Position numbers and translations under genes: made by a program. 64,000 bases of DNA from Thermoleophilia bacterium (GTDB taxonomy: Bacteria; Actinomycetota; Thermoleophilia; UBA2241): positions 327,608 to 391,607 of the forward strand of contig JAWKKE010000001.1 of assembly GCA_041393415.1 (NCBI GenBank). Reading direction: 5' to 3'. The notes under the pieces are model-generated. The model ran no database searches. It was not told where the DNA came from and saw nothing but the letters and a program-made list of their open reading frames with translations. This document shows, one piece after another, positions 28,644 through 36,830 of the stretch (its first letter is position 1; each line of letters opens with the position of its first letter).

Positions 28644-28863
28644 GCTCGCTCTCCGGCCCCGCCGCGAGCAGCCCGAGCGACTCGAGCACCGGCGCTGTCG
28701 GCACTATGACTCGGCGCCCGAGGTGGAGAACGCGCAGTTCGCCGCGGGCGGCGGCCTCGTAGGCGGTGTCCTTGCTCACGCCGACGAAGGCCGCGTACTC
28801 GCGGATCGTGATCGTCGGCCGCCGGCGCAGGTCGTCGACGCTGAGCAGCTCGGGCTCACTCAT
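28633..28863 (-). CDS. Excisionase/AlpA-family HTH DNA-binding protein
   Basis: 76 aa with ITIREYAAFVGVSKDTAYEAAARGELRVLHLGRRVIV (MerR/Xis-type HTH). Sits between the repressor-like gene and the helicase gene. Confidence 0.6.
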   Translation of the reverse strand: MSEPELLSVDDLRRRPTITIREYAAFVGVSKDTAYEAAARGELRVLHLGRRVIVPTAPVLESLGLLAAGPESERAE

Positions 28864-29051
28864 CGCCTACTCCCTCGAACAGCTCGTCCGTGCGCTCCTC
28901 CGGCCAGCCGAAGGCCCTTGCGAGCGAGGCGCGCTGACCGGGCCAGGGCTGAGGCGCCTGCGCTCGATGTTGAGATGGTGCTCACGTGCACGCCGCTCCG
29001 GTGCGAGAGCACGGACTGCGACCAGCCCTTCTCCTTGCGGAGCTTGGTCAT
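28860..29051 (-). CDS. XRE-family transcriptional regulator (phage repressor-like)
   Basis: Chosen start ATG 29051 (MTKLRKEKGWSQSVLSHRSGVHVSTIS = HTH_XRE). Divergent from the 29141 gene with an AT-richer intergenic region. Confidence 0.55.
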   Translation of the reverse strand: MTKLRKEKGWSQSVLSHRSGVHVSTISTSSAGASALARSARLARKGLRLAGGAHGRAVRGSRR

Positions 29052-29140
29052 TAGAAGCATGGAAGGCCCTCCTGTCGTTGACTCCTGGCAAATCCAAGAC
29101 GTAGTATCGCATCCGGTTATCGTCTTGTGCATCGGCTAGA

Positions 29141-30070
29141 ATGGACATATATGTGACAAGGAGAAGTGAGGTGGCCCCGGCGGACCTGGTCCGCTTCGAG
29201 TGGCCACGGATGGAGGAGATTGCCCTCTATGAGGCAGACGGGCGCAGGATCCTGGCGGGCTGGCCGAGCGATGACTCGTATCGGCCAATGCGCGACGAAG
29301 AGGGCCTCTTCGAGCGATTCGCCCGACTCGGCGACGAGGCCCAGGGCTTCATCGCCTTTGCGCGGGCTTACGGCGACCTCGATGAGGCACTCGTGCCCGT
29401 CGCGCCGCTCGCGGAGGGGTCGAACGTCGCCCTGGGACGGCCGCTCGAGGAGTGGCGAGCTCATCGCCGCATCCTGGGCTTCGCGGTCGACCTCTGGGAC
29501 GCCGTGAGGGAAGACCGCGCTGATGCCATGGTGGGCCGCGAGCTCGTGGTCTCGGATCTTCCGGAGGCGCAGGAGCGGTGGGCCTACGAGCAGGGGCCGG
29601 AGCACGTTGAGGCCGCGGTGCTCGCGCCGATCGGCCGTGAGGTGCATGAGCTCTGGCTCTCTCGGCCGCACCTGGCCGAAGCCGAGGAGTACCACGAGGC
29701 CGTCGGCGTCTCCTACCAGACGCCGATCGCTTACCTCGAGCGCCGCAACCTCTCGCCCAAGGCCGTGGCGCGCACCGCCCTGGCGCAGCTCGTGAGCACC
29801 TACTGCGCCGATCTCTCCGTGGCCATGGTGGTCGCGACCAGCCCCGGAGCGCCGCTGCGCATGACCTTCCAGGTGACCTCGCTGATCGCCGCCATGTGGC
29901 TGCAGCTGGCGCTGGCGATTGACGGCGAGCGGGAGTACCGGCCATGCCCGGTGTGCGGGCGCTGGTGGGATGCGACCAGGGCGCGCTCCGACAAGCTCAC
30001 CTGCAGCGACAGGTGCCGCAAGAGTCGGCAGCGAGACATGAGTAGGGAGTCCACCGAAGAGGCTGGATGA
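29141..30070 (+). CDS. Hypothetical protein of the integrated element (309 aa); start may be GTG 29171
   Basis: Track ORF. AAGGAG at 29158-29163 precedes in-frame GTG 29171. C-terminus Cys-rich (RPCPVCGRWWDATRARSDKLTCSDRCRKSRQ, zinc-ribbon-like). Stop overlaps the integrase N-terminal ORF start (ATGA). Confidence 0.5.
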   Translation: MDIYVTRRSEVAPADLVRFEWPRMEEIALYEADGRRILAGWPSDDSYRPMRDEEGLFERFARLGDEAQGFIAFARAYGDLDEALVPVAPLAEGSNVALGRPLEEWRAHRRILGFAVDLWDAVREDRADAMVGRELVVSDLPEAQERWAYEQGPEHVEAAVLAPIGREVHELWLSRPHLAEAEEYHEAVGVSYQTPIAYLERRNLSPKAVARTALAQLVSTYCADLSVAMVVATSPGAPLRMTFQVTSLIAAMWLQLALAIDGEREYRPCPVCGRWWDATRARSDKLTCSDRCRKSRQRDMSRESTEEAG

Positions 30071-30290
30071 ACGGACACGTGATCAAGCGGGCGGGGTACT
30101 GGCGGATCTCGCTCGAGCTCGGCGAGCAAGCGGCGCTTCGCTGCCCTACCTGCGTTGACCGGCGCGGCAAAGGACGTCGCTACTGGTCCAACGATGACCC
30201 GCCGGACGCCTGCCCCAGTTGCGGCGGCGAGCTGGAGGAGCTCCTAGCACGCCGGCAGGAGCTCCTCCCCGCGCCCACAAGTACACGAAG
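30067..30290 (+). other. int: Integrase N-terminal zinc-ribbon segment in a different frame from the catalytic part (frameshift)
   Basis: ATG 30067 gives MNGHVIKRAGYWRISLELGEQAALRCPTCVDRRGKGRRYWSNDDPPDACPSCGGELEELLARRQE, a typical actinobacterial integrase N-terminus. Frame then diverges from the 30219..31346 ORF near a C-run (ctcctccccgcgccc, about 30262-30276). Confidence 0.55.
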
Positions 30291-31346
30291 AAGAAGGTGG
30301 CCGAGAAGGCCCTCCACGACGAGCTCCGCGACCGCGAGCGCGGCGATTACGTCCCGCCGGTCGACCTGACCGTGCGGGCCTACCTCGAGGACCGCTGGCT
30401 GCCGGCGCTCGGCGCCGAGGACTTGCCCCCGAGCACCGTGGACTCTTACACGCTCCACGTGGAGAGGATCGTCCCCCACCTCGGGGACATACCGCTGCAG
30501 AGGCTCAATAGGAACGACGTGACGCGCATGGCCTCGCAGCTCGCGGAGGACGTGTCCAAGTCGAAGGGTAGGCCGCTGGCGGCCGAGACGAGGCGGGGCG
30601 TGCTCGTGGCCCTGCACCGGGCTTTGAACGACGCCGTTGAGGCTGGGCTGCTTCGCACGAACCCTGCGACCGGAGTGAAGCGTCCCAAGGTCCGCAGGCC
30701 CGAGATGCACACGTGGTCGAAACTGGAACTGTTGACGTTCCTGCGAGCCACGAATGATGACCGACTCGGCCCCCTATGGCACCTGCTGGCTCTCACCGGT
30801 CTGCGAAGGGGTGAGGCACTTGGCCTCAAGTGGCCCGACGTGGACCTCGAGGGAGGCCGACTGTCGATTCAGCGACAGCGAGTCCTTAGTGGCTACGAGG
30901 TCCAGGAACGAGCGCAAACGAAGTCACGCAAGGGTCGCCCCGTGAGCATCGACGCCGGGACCATCGCAATGTTGCGGCTTCAGAGCCAGCGGCAGCTCGC
31001 CGATGCCGACGACTGGGGCGACGCCTGGCAGGCCACAGGGCATGTGTTCACTCGCGAGAACGGCGAGCCCTGGCATCCAGACCGCGTGAAGAAGCTGTTT
31101 GAGCAGGCCGTGAAGAAGATTGACGTGCCGCGGATCCGCATGCACGATCTGCGCCACACCTGGGCGACGCTTGCGCTGCGCGCCGGCGTCAACCCCAAGG
31201 TTGTCCAGGAGCGGCTCGGACACGCCAACATCAGCATCACCATGGACACCTACAGTCACGTGCTGCCTGACCTGCAGGAGTCCGCGGCTGAGTTGGTCGC
31301 GTCCCTGGTGGCGCTGGCCAGCGAAGAGGACGACGAGCCCTCGTGA
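30219..31346 (+). CDS. int: Tyrosine recombinase / phage integrase, core-binding and catalytic domains (frameshifted relative to its N-terminus)
   Basis: HKYTKKKVAEKALHDEL (arm/SAM-like), LTGLRRGEALGLKWPDVDL (catalytic Arg), HDLRHTWATLALRAGVNPKVVQERLGHANISITMDTYSHV (HxxR...Y). Track start is TTG 30219; no in-frame ATG. Confidence 0.85.
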   Translation: MRRRAGGAPSTPAGAPPRAHKYTKKKVAEKALHDELRDRERGDYVPPVDLTVRAYLEDRWLPALGAEDLPPSTVDSYTLHVERIVPHLGDIPLQRLNRNDVTRMASQLAEDVSKSKGRPLAAETRRGVLVALHRALNDAVEAGLLRTNPATGVKRPKVRRPEMHTWSKLELLTFLRATNDDRLGPLWHLLALTGLRRGEALGLKWPDVDLEGGRLSIQRQRVLSGYEVQERAQTKSRKGRPVSIDAGTIAMLRLQSQRQLADADDWGDAWQATGHVFTRENGEPWHPDRVKKLFEQAVKKIDVPRIRMHDLRHTWATLALRAGVNPKVVQERLGHANISITMDTYSHVLPDLQESAAELVASLVALASEEDDEPS

Positions 31347-31415
31347 AAAGGGGGAGTCCGGATGGAGTACGCTTCGCCGCTTCTGGGCCAGTCTCCGCGG
31401 CGAATGTGAGGCTAA

Positions 31416-31492
31416 TGGTGCCCCCGGAAGGATTCGAACCTTCGACCTCGCGCTCCGGAGGCGCGCGCTCTCATCCTCTGAGCTACGAGGGC
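31416..31492 (-). tRNA. tRNA-Arg (anticodon CCG)
   Basis: Reverse complement GCCCTCGTAGCTCAGAGGATGAGAGCGCGCGCCTCCGGAGCGCGAGGTCGAAGGTTCGAATCCTTCCGGGGGCACCA folds as a cloverleaf: 7-bp acceptor with one G-U, D-arm GCTC/GAGC, anticodon stem CGCGC/GCGCG with loop CTCCGGA (anticodon CCG), T-arm GAAGG-TTCGAAT-CCTTC, encoded CCA. Confidence 0.85.
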
Positions 31493-31586
31493 ATCGGTAC
31501 CCTGAGTGTACCACAGGCTAAGCCTGCCCCGACCGGCGACCGATACCCCCGTTATGATCCCCAGGGCAGATCAAAAGGAGAAAGCC

Positions 31587-32336
31587 ATGACGGAGATGGT
31601 GCAGGACAACACCGCGCAGACCCTCGCCGAGTTCGTGCAGCAGAACGCGCAGCAAGACAGAGGCGGCCTCTGGCAACTGGAGAACGATCGCACACTCGAG
31701 GTTAACCTGGCCAACAGTCTCGTCTTCACCAAGGCGGGAGCGATGATCGCCTACTACGGCGACATCAAGTTCGAGCGCACCGGCATGAAGGAGGCCGGCG
31801 GTCTCGGCAAGTACGTGAAACAGAAGATGACCGGTGAGGGCGCGACCATGATGAAGTGCATGGGGAGCGGAATCCTCTACCTTGCCGATCAAGGCAAGAC
31901 GGTGCGCATTCTCGAGATGCGCGGCGAGACCATCTTCGTCAACGGCGCCAACTGCCTCGCCTACTCAGACACGCTCGAATGGGATGTTGTGCGCACCAAG
32001 GGCGGCAGCATCATGGCCGGTGGCTTGTTCGCGGTCCAACTCGCCGGGCAAGGCTACTGCGCCATCTCGACGATGGGTAGGCCGGTAGTCCTCGGCGTCG
32101 ACGCCGCCCACCCGCTGTGCACCGATCCGCACGCGACCGTTGCCTGGTCTTCCGGACTGACGACATCGATCAAGAGCGATGTCTCCCTGAAGGCGCTGAC
32201 CGGCCGTTCGTCAGGCGAGACGTTCCAGCTCGTCTTCCAGGGCCAGGGGTTCGTCTGTGTGCAGCCGTTTGAGGAGGGTGGCTCCGGACCGTCAGACGCC
32301 AGCGGAGGCTCCAAGGGCGGCATCAACTTCGGTTGA
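31587..32336 (+). CDS. AIM24 family protein (DUF124)
   Basis: ATG 31587 preceded by AAAGGAG. Reads GAMIAYYGDIKFERTG ... GEGATMMKCMGSGILYLADQGKTVRILEMRGETIFVNGANCLAYSDTLEWDV, typical of the AIM24/TIGR00266 family. Confidence 0.7.
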   Translation: MTEMVQDNTAQTLAEFVQQNAQQDRGGLWQLENDRTLEVNLANSLVFTKAGAMIAYYGDIKFERTGMKEAGGLGKYVKQKMTGEGATMMKCMGSGILYLADQGKTVRILEMRGETIFVNGANCLAYSDTLEWDVVRTKGGSIMAGGLFAVQLAGQGYCAISTMGRPVVLGVDAAHPLCTDPHATVAWSSGLTTSIKSDVSLKALTGRSSGETFQLVFQGQGFVCVQPFEEGGSGPSDASGGSKGGINFG

Positions 32337-32508
32337 GGCGAACATACGAAGAGCTGTGAGCGACGCCCTCCCCGGCCACCGACAGGCCCACCCGGGGAGG
32401 GCGTCGGCGTCTCAACGGCTCCGCCGCCACCAGCGGCATTCAGCGAGCAGCGTCGGCGATGTACTATGCGCACATCACGCCCTTGAGTGACCATTGAAAG
32501 GAGTTCCC

Positions 32509-33501
32509 TTGGGCTGGTTGAGTCATGTGATCGACGCCGGTTCCGAATATCGCTATTCGCTCGCCGAGCTCCGCGGCAGCCTGTTTGTGAGCGAGGGCAA
32601 CAAGGCCGCCAAGCACACGCAGTTCTGGATGCTGCTAGCGCTCTCAAGCTTCATTGCCGCCGGTGGTGTGGTGGGCGACTCCACACCGGCGGTCATCGGC
32701 GCGATGATCATCGCGCCGCTGGCGACGCCGATCTACGGCGTCGCTCTGGCGACAACGATCGGCGACACCAAAGCTCTCCGCACCAGCGTATTGCTCCTCC
32801 TCGGCGGCATCGCTCTGAATATCCTGATCGGTGTGCTCGTCGCCGCGCTCACCCTCCAACGCATGCCGATCGACGCCAATCCACAGATCGCCGGCCGCAC
32901 CGCGCCGACGCTCCTCGATCTCGGAGTCGCCATCGCCGTCGGCCTGGCCGGCTCCTTTGCCATGGCACGCCGTGACGTCTCCAGCATCGTCGCCGGCGTG
33001 GCGATTGCGATCTCGCTCGTCCCGGTGCTGGCGGTGGTAGGGATCACCATCGGCGCCGGCCGGTTCGATCTGGCCACAGGCGCCCTGATCCTCTTTCTCA
33101 CCAACGCCGCCGCGATCGTCGTTGCCGGCGTGCTCGTCTTCGGCGGCGCGCACTACTTCCGCGAGGCAGCCGAGATCTCTCCACGCCTCGGCCGCCGCGC
33201 CCGCGCCACCATCATCATCGCGCTGATCGTCTTACTCATTCCGCTGAGCGGAGCTTCGGTGCGCACCTACCTCTACCAGCGTTACCTCGGCGCCACGCGG
33301 ACCGCCGTGGACAACTGGACAAACGGCACGCCGTGGCGCGTCGAAGGAGTGAACTTAATCAACGACGACATCGTCGTCACCGTAGTAGGTCCGAGCGCAA
33401 CGCGTGACACGACGACACTCAGCAATGAGATCCGCGACACGGTGCCGGACACCGTGAGCGTACGCCTCATATCCATTGACGGCACCGAGACGCCGCTCTA
33501 G
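32509..33501 (+). CDS. DUF389 domain-containing membrane protein
   Basis: Multi-pass hydrophobic protein with IIAPLATPIYGVALA typical of DUF389/TIGR00341. The track ORF begins at TTG 32494, which lies inside the AAAGGAG RBS, so TTG 32509 (or GTG 32526) is the more likely start. Confidence 0.6.
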   Translation: MGWLSHVIDAGSEYRYSLAELRGSLFVSEGNKAAKHTQFWMLLALSSFIAAGGVVGDSTPAVIGAMIIAPLATPIYGVALATTIGDTKALRTSVLLLLGGIALNILIGVLVAALTLQRMPIDANPQIAGRTAPTLLDLGVAIAVGLAGSFAMARRDVSSIVAGVAIAISLVPVLAVVGITIGAGRFDLATGALILFLTNAAAIVVAGVLVFGGAHYFREAAEISPRLGRRARATIIIALIVLLIPLSGASVRTYLYQRYLGATRTAVDNWTNGTPWRVEGVNLINDDIVVTVVGPSATRDTTTLSNEIRDTVPDTVSVRLISIDGTETPL

Positions 33502-33645
33502 AGGCATCAGGCACGGCTGCAACGGCATGATTTGCCATGGGAGAATCTGCGACGGCAGGACTTGCCTCGGCAAGCGCGGTGGGGTAGACTGCCGATACCC
33601 TACGGGGTATCTTGAACCGCAAGACACGAGGGAGGGTCCCAGCGC

Positions 33646-33822
33646 ATGATCGTCATCCGCGAGGAGCACTGCCCCAGGAACCACCGCTGCCCGGCCGTCT
33701 CCTTCTGCCCACAGCAGGCGATAAGCCAGGATTCCGTCACCTCAGCTCCACGCATCGATCCCGATCTCTGCACCGAATGCGGCGTATGCGCAGGCGTGTG
33801 CCCCACGTTCTCGCTCTCTTGA
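33646..33822 (+). CDS. Small ferredoxin-like / Cys-rich protein (58 aa, below the ORF-track cutoff)
   Basis: ATG 33646 preceded by GAGGGAGGG. Reads MIVIREEHCPRNHRCPAVSFCPQQAISQDSVTSAPRIDPDLCTECGVCAGVCPTFSLS. The CxxCxxCxxxCP motif is typical of 4Fe-4S ferredoxin-type domains. Confidence 0.45.
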   Translation: MIVIREEHCPRNHRCPAVSFCPQQAISQDSVTSAPRIDPDLCTECGVCAGVCPTFSLS

Positions 33823-33875
33823 AACGCCCCGTGACGACGGCGTAAGCTGGCTTCACGCGAGAAAGGAACTGGCCG

Positions 33876-34082
33876 ATGGCTACGTACGACTTGAACTGCT
33901 GCGCCTGCGGCGCCGAATTTGAGGTGTTCTCGACTGGCTTCCTCAAGGATGACCAGCGCGTCTGTCCGGAGTGCGGCTCTACAGACGTCGAACAGAAGTT
34001 CACTGGCTTCAACTTCGGGACGTCGAGCAGCAGCTCGTCCAGCCCCTCTTGCGGCGCGCCGGCGGGTTGCGGCTTCACCTGA
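33876..34082 (+). CDS. FmdB-family zinc-ribbon protein
   Basis: MATYDLNCCACGAEFEVF...RVCPECGSTDVEQKF plus Ser-rich tail and C-terminal CGAPAGCG. Canonical FmdB putative regulatory zinc ribbon. Confidence 0.75.
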   Translation: MATYDLNCCACGAEFEVFSTGFLKDDQRVCPECGSTDVEQKFTGFNFGTSSSSSSSPSCGAPAGCGFT

Positions 34083-34128
34083 GGCGGCTGACCTGGCGCC
34101 GCGGTCGCGGCGCACTCAAAGACCAAGT

Positions 34129-34174
34129 CAAAGCAACGGCCCGCCCGGCGTAGCGCCGGCGGGCCGTTGCTTTG
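34129..34174. terminator. Near-perfect 21/22-bp palindrome; probable bidirectional terminator between convergent FmdB and smpB
   Basis: caaagcaacggcccgcccggcg-tag-cgccggcgggccgttgctttg (one-base bulge). No U-tract, common in high-GC genomes. Confidence 0.5.
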
Positions 34175-34195
34175 ACGCGACAGGTTCCGCCCGCC

Positions 34196-34681
34196 CTATC
34201 TCTCGTCACCGCGCCCGCGAAGCACGCGTTCCACATCGCGCTTGGCGTCGCGCGCGGCGAGATCCTGACGTTTGTCGTAGAGCTTCTTGCCGCGCGCCAA
34301 GCCAATCTCAACCTTGGCCCGCCCGTCCTTGAAGTACACCTTCGTCGGCACAACCGTGTAGCCGCGCTCGCGAACACGCTGTGCGATGCGCTCTATCTCC
34401 TGCCTGTGCAGGAGCAATTTACGCGGACGCAATGGTTCGTGATTCCAGATGTTGCCCTGCTCGAACGGGCTGATGTGAGCATTGACGAGGTACAGCTCCG
34501 GCGAGTACACAGGCCCCTTGACCTCGACAAAGCTGTCGCGCAGGTTGATGCGCCCGTCGCGCAGCGACTTGACCTCCGTGCCGACGAGCGCGATGCCCGC
34601 CTCGTAGGTCTCGTCGATGAAGTAGTCGTGAAAGGCCTTGCGGTTGTCCGCGACCTTCTTGATGCCCGTCTCTCTTGCCAT
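34196..34681 (-). CDS. smpB: SsrA-binding protein SmpB
   Basis: 161 aa with [34 protein letters not shown] and a C-terminal basic tail. Canonical SmpB. Confidence 0.9.
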   Translation of the reverse strand: MARETGIKKVADNRKAFHDYFIDETYEAGIALVGTEVKSLRDGRINLRDSFVEVKGPVYSPELYLVNAHISPFEQGNIWNHEPLRPRKLLLHRQEIERIAQRVRERGYTVVPTKVYFKDGRAKVEIGLARGKKLYDKRQDLAARDAKRDVERVLRGRGDER

Positions 34682-34741
34682 GTACCAAGCGTACCGTACC
34701 CGGCCGGCCGCCGCCGCCCTAGCCGGCCGGTGCGCAGAGGA

Positions 34742-36664
34742 TCAGTGGCGACGACCGCTCGAGGGCCGGCGACCACGGTGCACCGGCTGCGATCGACGCG
34801 CACCGCGGGCGGAGCCGCCTTCCTTGCCACCGCGCGCCGGCCGTGGTCGCGGCTCCGGCGCGTCGGCAAGCACCAGATCGACGCGCCCCCGCAGACGATC
34901 GATACGCTCGACTCTCACGGCGATGGGATCGCCGAGTCGGTAGCGGCGGCCACTCGTCTCGCCGACGAGCGCCGTCTCGTGCGGACTCACCTCGAAGCGT
35001 TCGCCACCCAACCGCCGCGACGACACGAAGCCCTCGAACACCTCGCCGAAGCGCACAAAGAGACCGGCGCCGATAAGACCGATGACCTCACCGCCAAACG
35101 CCTGCTCCCATCCCTCATGCTGTAGACGGCGCTCCAGAAGAGAGCTGAGGACGACATCGTCGGCGGCAAGCTCGAGCCGAGAGATATCGCGCTCGAGCGT
35201 CGAGCACGACTCGGCAGCAGCGACGAGCTCAGCGTCGCCCAGCTCACCGCCGCCCTCCCCCAAGTGCTGAAGGAGGCTGCGATGTACGACGAGGTCCGGA
35301 TAGCGGCGTATCGGTGAAGTGAAGTGCAGATAGGCAGCGCTGGCGAGACCGAAGTGCCCGAGATTGACCGGGCTGTAGCGAGCCTGCTTGAGCGCTTTGA
35401 GCAACAAGACCGACCACGCCTGCCGGCCACGACCCTCGCGCACACTCGTCTCCGCAACCATCCGGCTCACGCGGCCGTAGGCCTCCGCGAGATCGGCGGC
35501 AGGCACACCCTCGCCGGCGGGGAACGACGGCGTGGGGACCTCGAGCTCCTCGAGCGCGTTGAGGAGCTCGCGCACACTCGCCACGTCCGGCGGCTCGTGC
35601 ACGCGAAAGAGCGCGTGTGCCTTCTTGCGCAAGAGGAACTCGGCGACTGCCTCGTTGGCGGCCAGCATGAACTCTTCCACGAGCGCATGCGATGGCGTCT
35701 CCGGCCGCATCACAGCCCCCGTGACCTCACCGATGGAGTCGAAGGTGTACTCCGGCTCGAACGAGCTCAGCGTCAGCGCGCCGCGGGCCTGTCGGCGGCG
35801 GCGCAGTACGGCAGCCAGCTCCGCGGCGAGGAGCAGCTGCTCTTTGAGCGCCTCGTCGGCGCTCGTCGTCGCACCGGGCACCCCTGCCACGTCAGACACC
35901 CCGGCCGCCGCCTCGCCGGTCGTCGCACGGACCGCCACTTCGGCGTCGTGCGGCCCAATGATCGTGTCGACGAAGCCGTACGTGAGCCGATGGTCACTGC
36001 GAATCGACGAGCGGTAGAACTGCGCCCCAGTACGACGACCGTCGGCATCGAAGGTGAACTCGACGGTGACACACTTGCGCAGCTCACGCGGGACGAGACT
36101 GCAGAGATCGCTACTCAACGCCGAGGGCAGCATCGGCTCGGCGAACAACGGCAGATACACGCTCGACGTTCGCTGTCGCGCCTCTTCTTCGATGGCGCCG
36201 TCGCCGTCGACGAAGTACGACACATCGGCGATGTGCACGTGAGCCCGGTATCCGCCCTCCTCGCGACGCACGCTAATGGCGTCGTCGAAGTCGCGTGCCG
36301 TGTCGGGGTCGATCGTGAAGGTCGGCACATCGCTGACGTCGCGGCGGCCGGCATCGGGTCGCGTGGCGCGACCCTGGACCGCGGCCGCCTCCTCCAGCAC
36401 GGCATCGGAGAATCCCTGCGGCAGCCCGGCCGCATACATCATGCCGTGCAGGACGGCGTTGAGGTCGTCCACATCACCGAGTACGCGGACGACGAGCCGG
36501 CGGTCGCCGCGTGTCGGCTCGGCCAAGACGATCTGGTCGATCTGCACCGGTCTGCCGCCCTTGGCGATGAGGTAGATACGCTCGTCGGCGAAGAGCGGCT
36601 CGAGCGCAGGGAACTTGCCCCAGCGCGTCACTCGATACGGCATCGGCTTGCCAGATGCGACCAT
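34742..36664 (-). CDS. rnr: Ribonuclease R (RNB family exoribonuclease)
   Basis: RNB-domain motif HFGLASAAYLHFTSPIRRYPDLVVHRSL, S1-like region and Arg/Gly-rich basic C-terminus. Chosen start ATG 36664 (MVASGKPMPYRV). The track ORF runs to 36820 with an Arg-rich N-terminal extension that may be spurious. Confidence 0.8.
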   Translation of the reverse strand: MVASGKPMPYRVTRWGKFPALEPLFADERIYLIAKGGRPVQIDQIVLAEPTRGDRRLVVRVLGDVDDLNAVLHGMMYAAGLPQGFSDAVLEEAAAVQGRATRPDAGRRDVSDVPTFTIDPDTARDFDDAISVRREEGGYRAHVHIADVSYFVDGDGAIEEEARQRTSSVYLPLFAEPMLPSALSSDLCSLVPRELRKCVTVEFTFDADGRRTGAQFYRSSIRSDHRLTYGFVDTIIGPHDAEVAVRATTGEAAAGVSDVAGVPGATTSADEALKEQLLLAAELAAVLRRRRQARGALTLSSFEPEYTFDSIGEVTGAVMRPETPSHALVEEFMLAANEAVAEFLLRKKAHALFRVHEPPDVASVRELLNALEELEVPTPSFPAGEGVPAADLAEAYGRVSRMVAETSVREGRGRQAWSVLLLKALKQARYSPVNLGHFGLASAAYLHFTSPIRRYPDLVVHRSLLQHLGEGGGELGDAELVAAAESCSTLERDISRLELAADDVVLSSLLERRLQHEGWEQAFGGEVIGLIGAGLFVRFGEVFEGFVSSRRLGGERFEVSPHETALVGETSGRRYRLGDPIAVRVERIDRLRGRVDLVLADAPEPRPRPARGGKEGGSARGARRSQPVHRGRRPSSGRRH

Positions 36665-36830
36665 GCGTGCGGCGCGCGCCTCCGCCGTCTCGCGCGCGCC
36701 CTCGTCCGTCCCCGGCTCACCTCGCCTCTTGCCCGTCACGGTGCGACTGCGACCACCCGGAGCGGACCGCGCAGAGCGATCACGGGCGCCGTGTCCTGGT
36801 CGTTGGCGACGCGCCGTCATACGGCTCAGA

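Larger units (their letters stand above)
26339..31415. mobile_element. Integrative-element remnant (helicase, xis, XRE, int) abutting tRNA-Arg; the full island may extend left across the defence genes
   Basis: Module int, xis-like, XRE repressor, DnaB-like helicase with iteron-like repeats lies directly 5' of the 3' end of tRNA-Arg. No direct repeat of the tRNA 3' end was found by eye, so boundaries are approximate. Confidence 0.5.

Noticed and set aside
29349-29945. 198-aa Arg/Pro/Ala-rich minus-strand ORF
   Set aside because: Antisense to the well-supported 29141..30070 gene. Extreme low-complexity composition typical of high-GC antisense artefacts.
30067-30369. Treating the 100-aa ORF as an independent small zinc-ribbon gene
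   Set aside because: Its sequence is the canonical N-terminus of actinobacterial tyrosine integrases. It is better explained as the frameshifted 5' part of int than as a separate gene.
33502-34195. tmRNA (ssrA) expected near smpB
   Set aside because: The flanking non-coding gaps are only 113 and 145 nt and contain no tRNA-like acceptor/T-arm. ssrA is presumably elsewhere.
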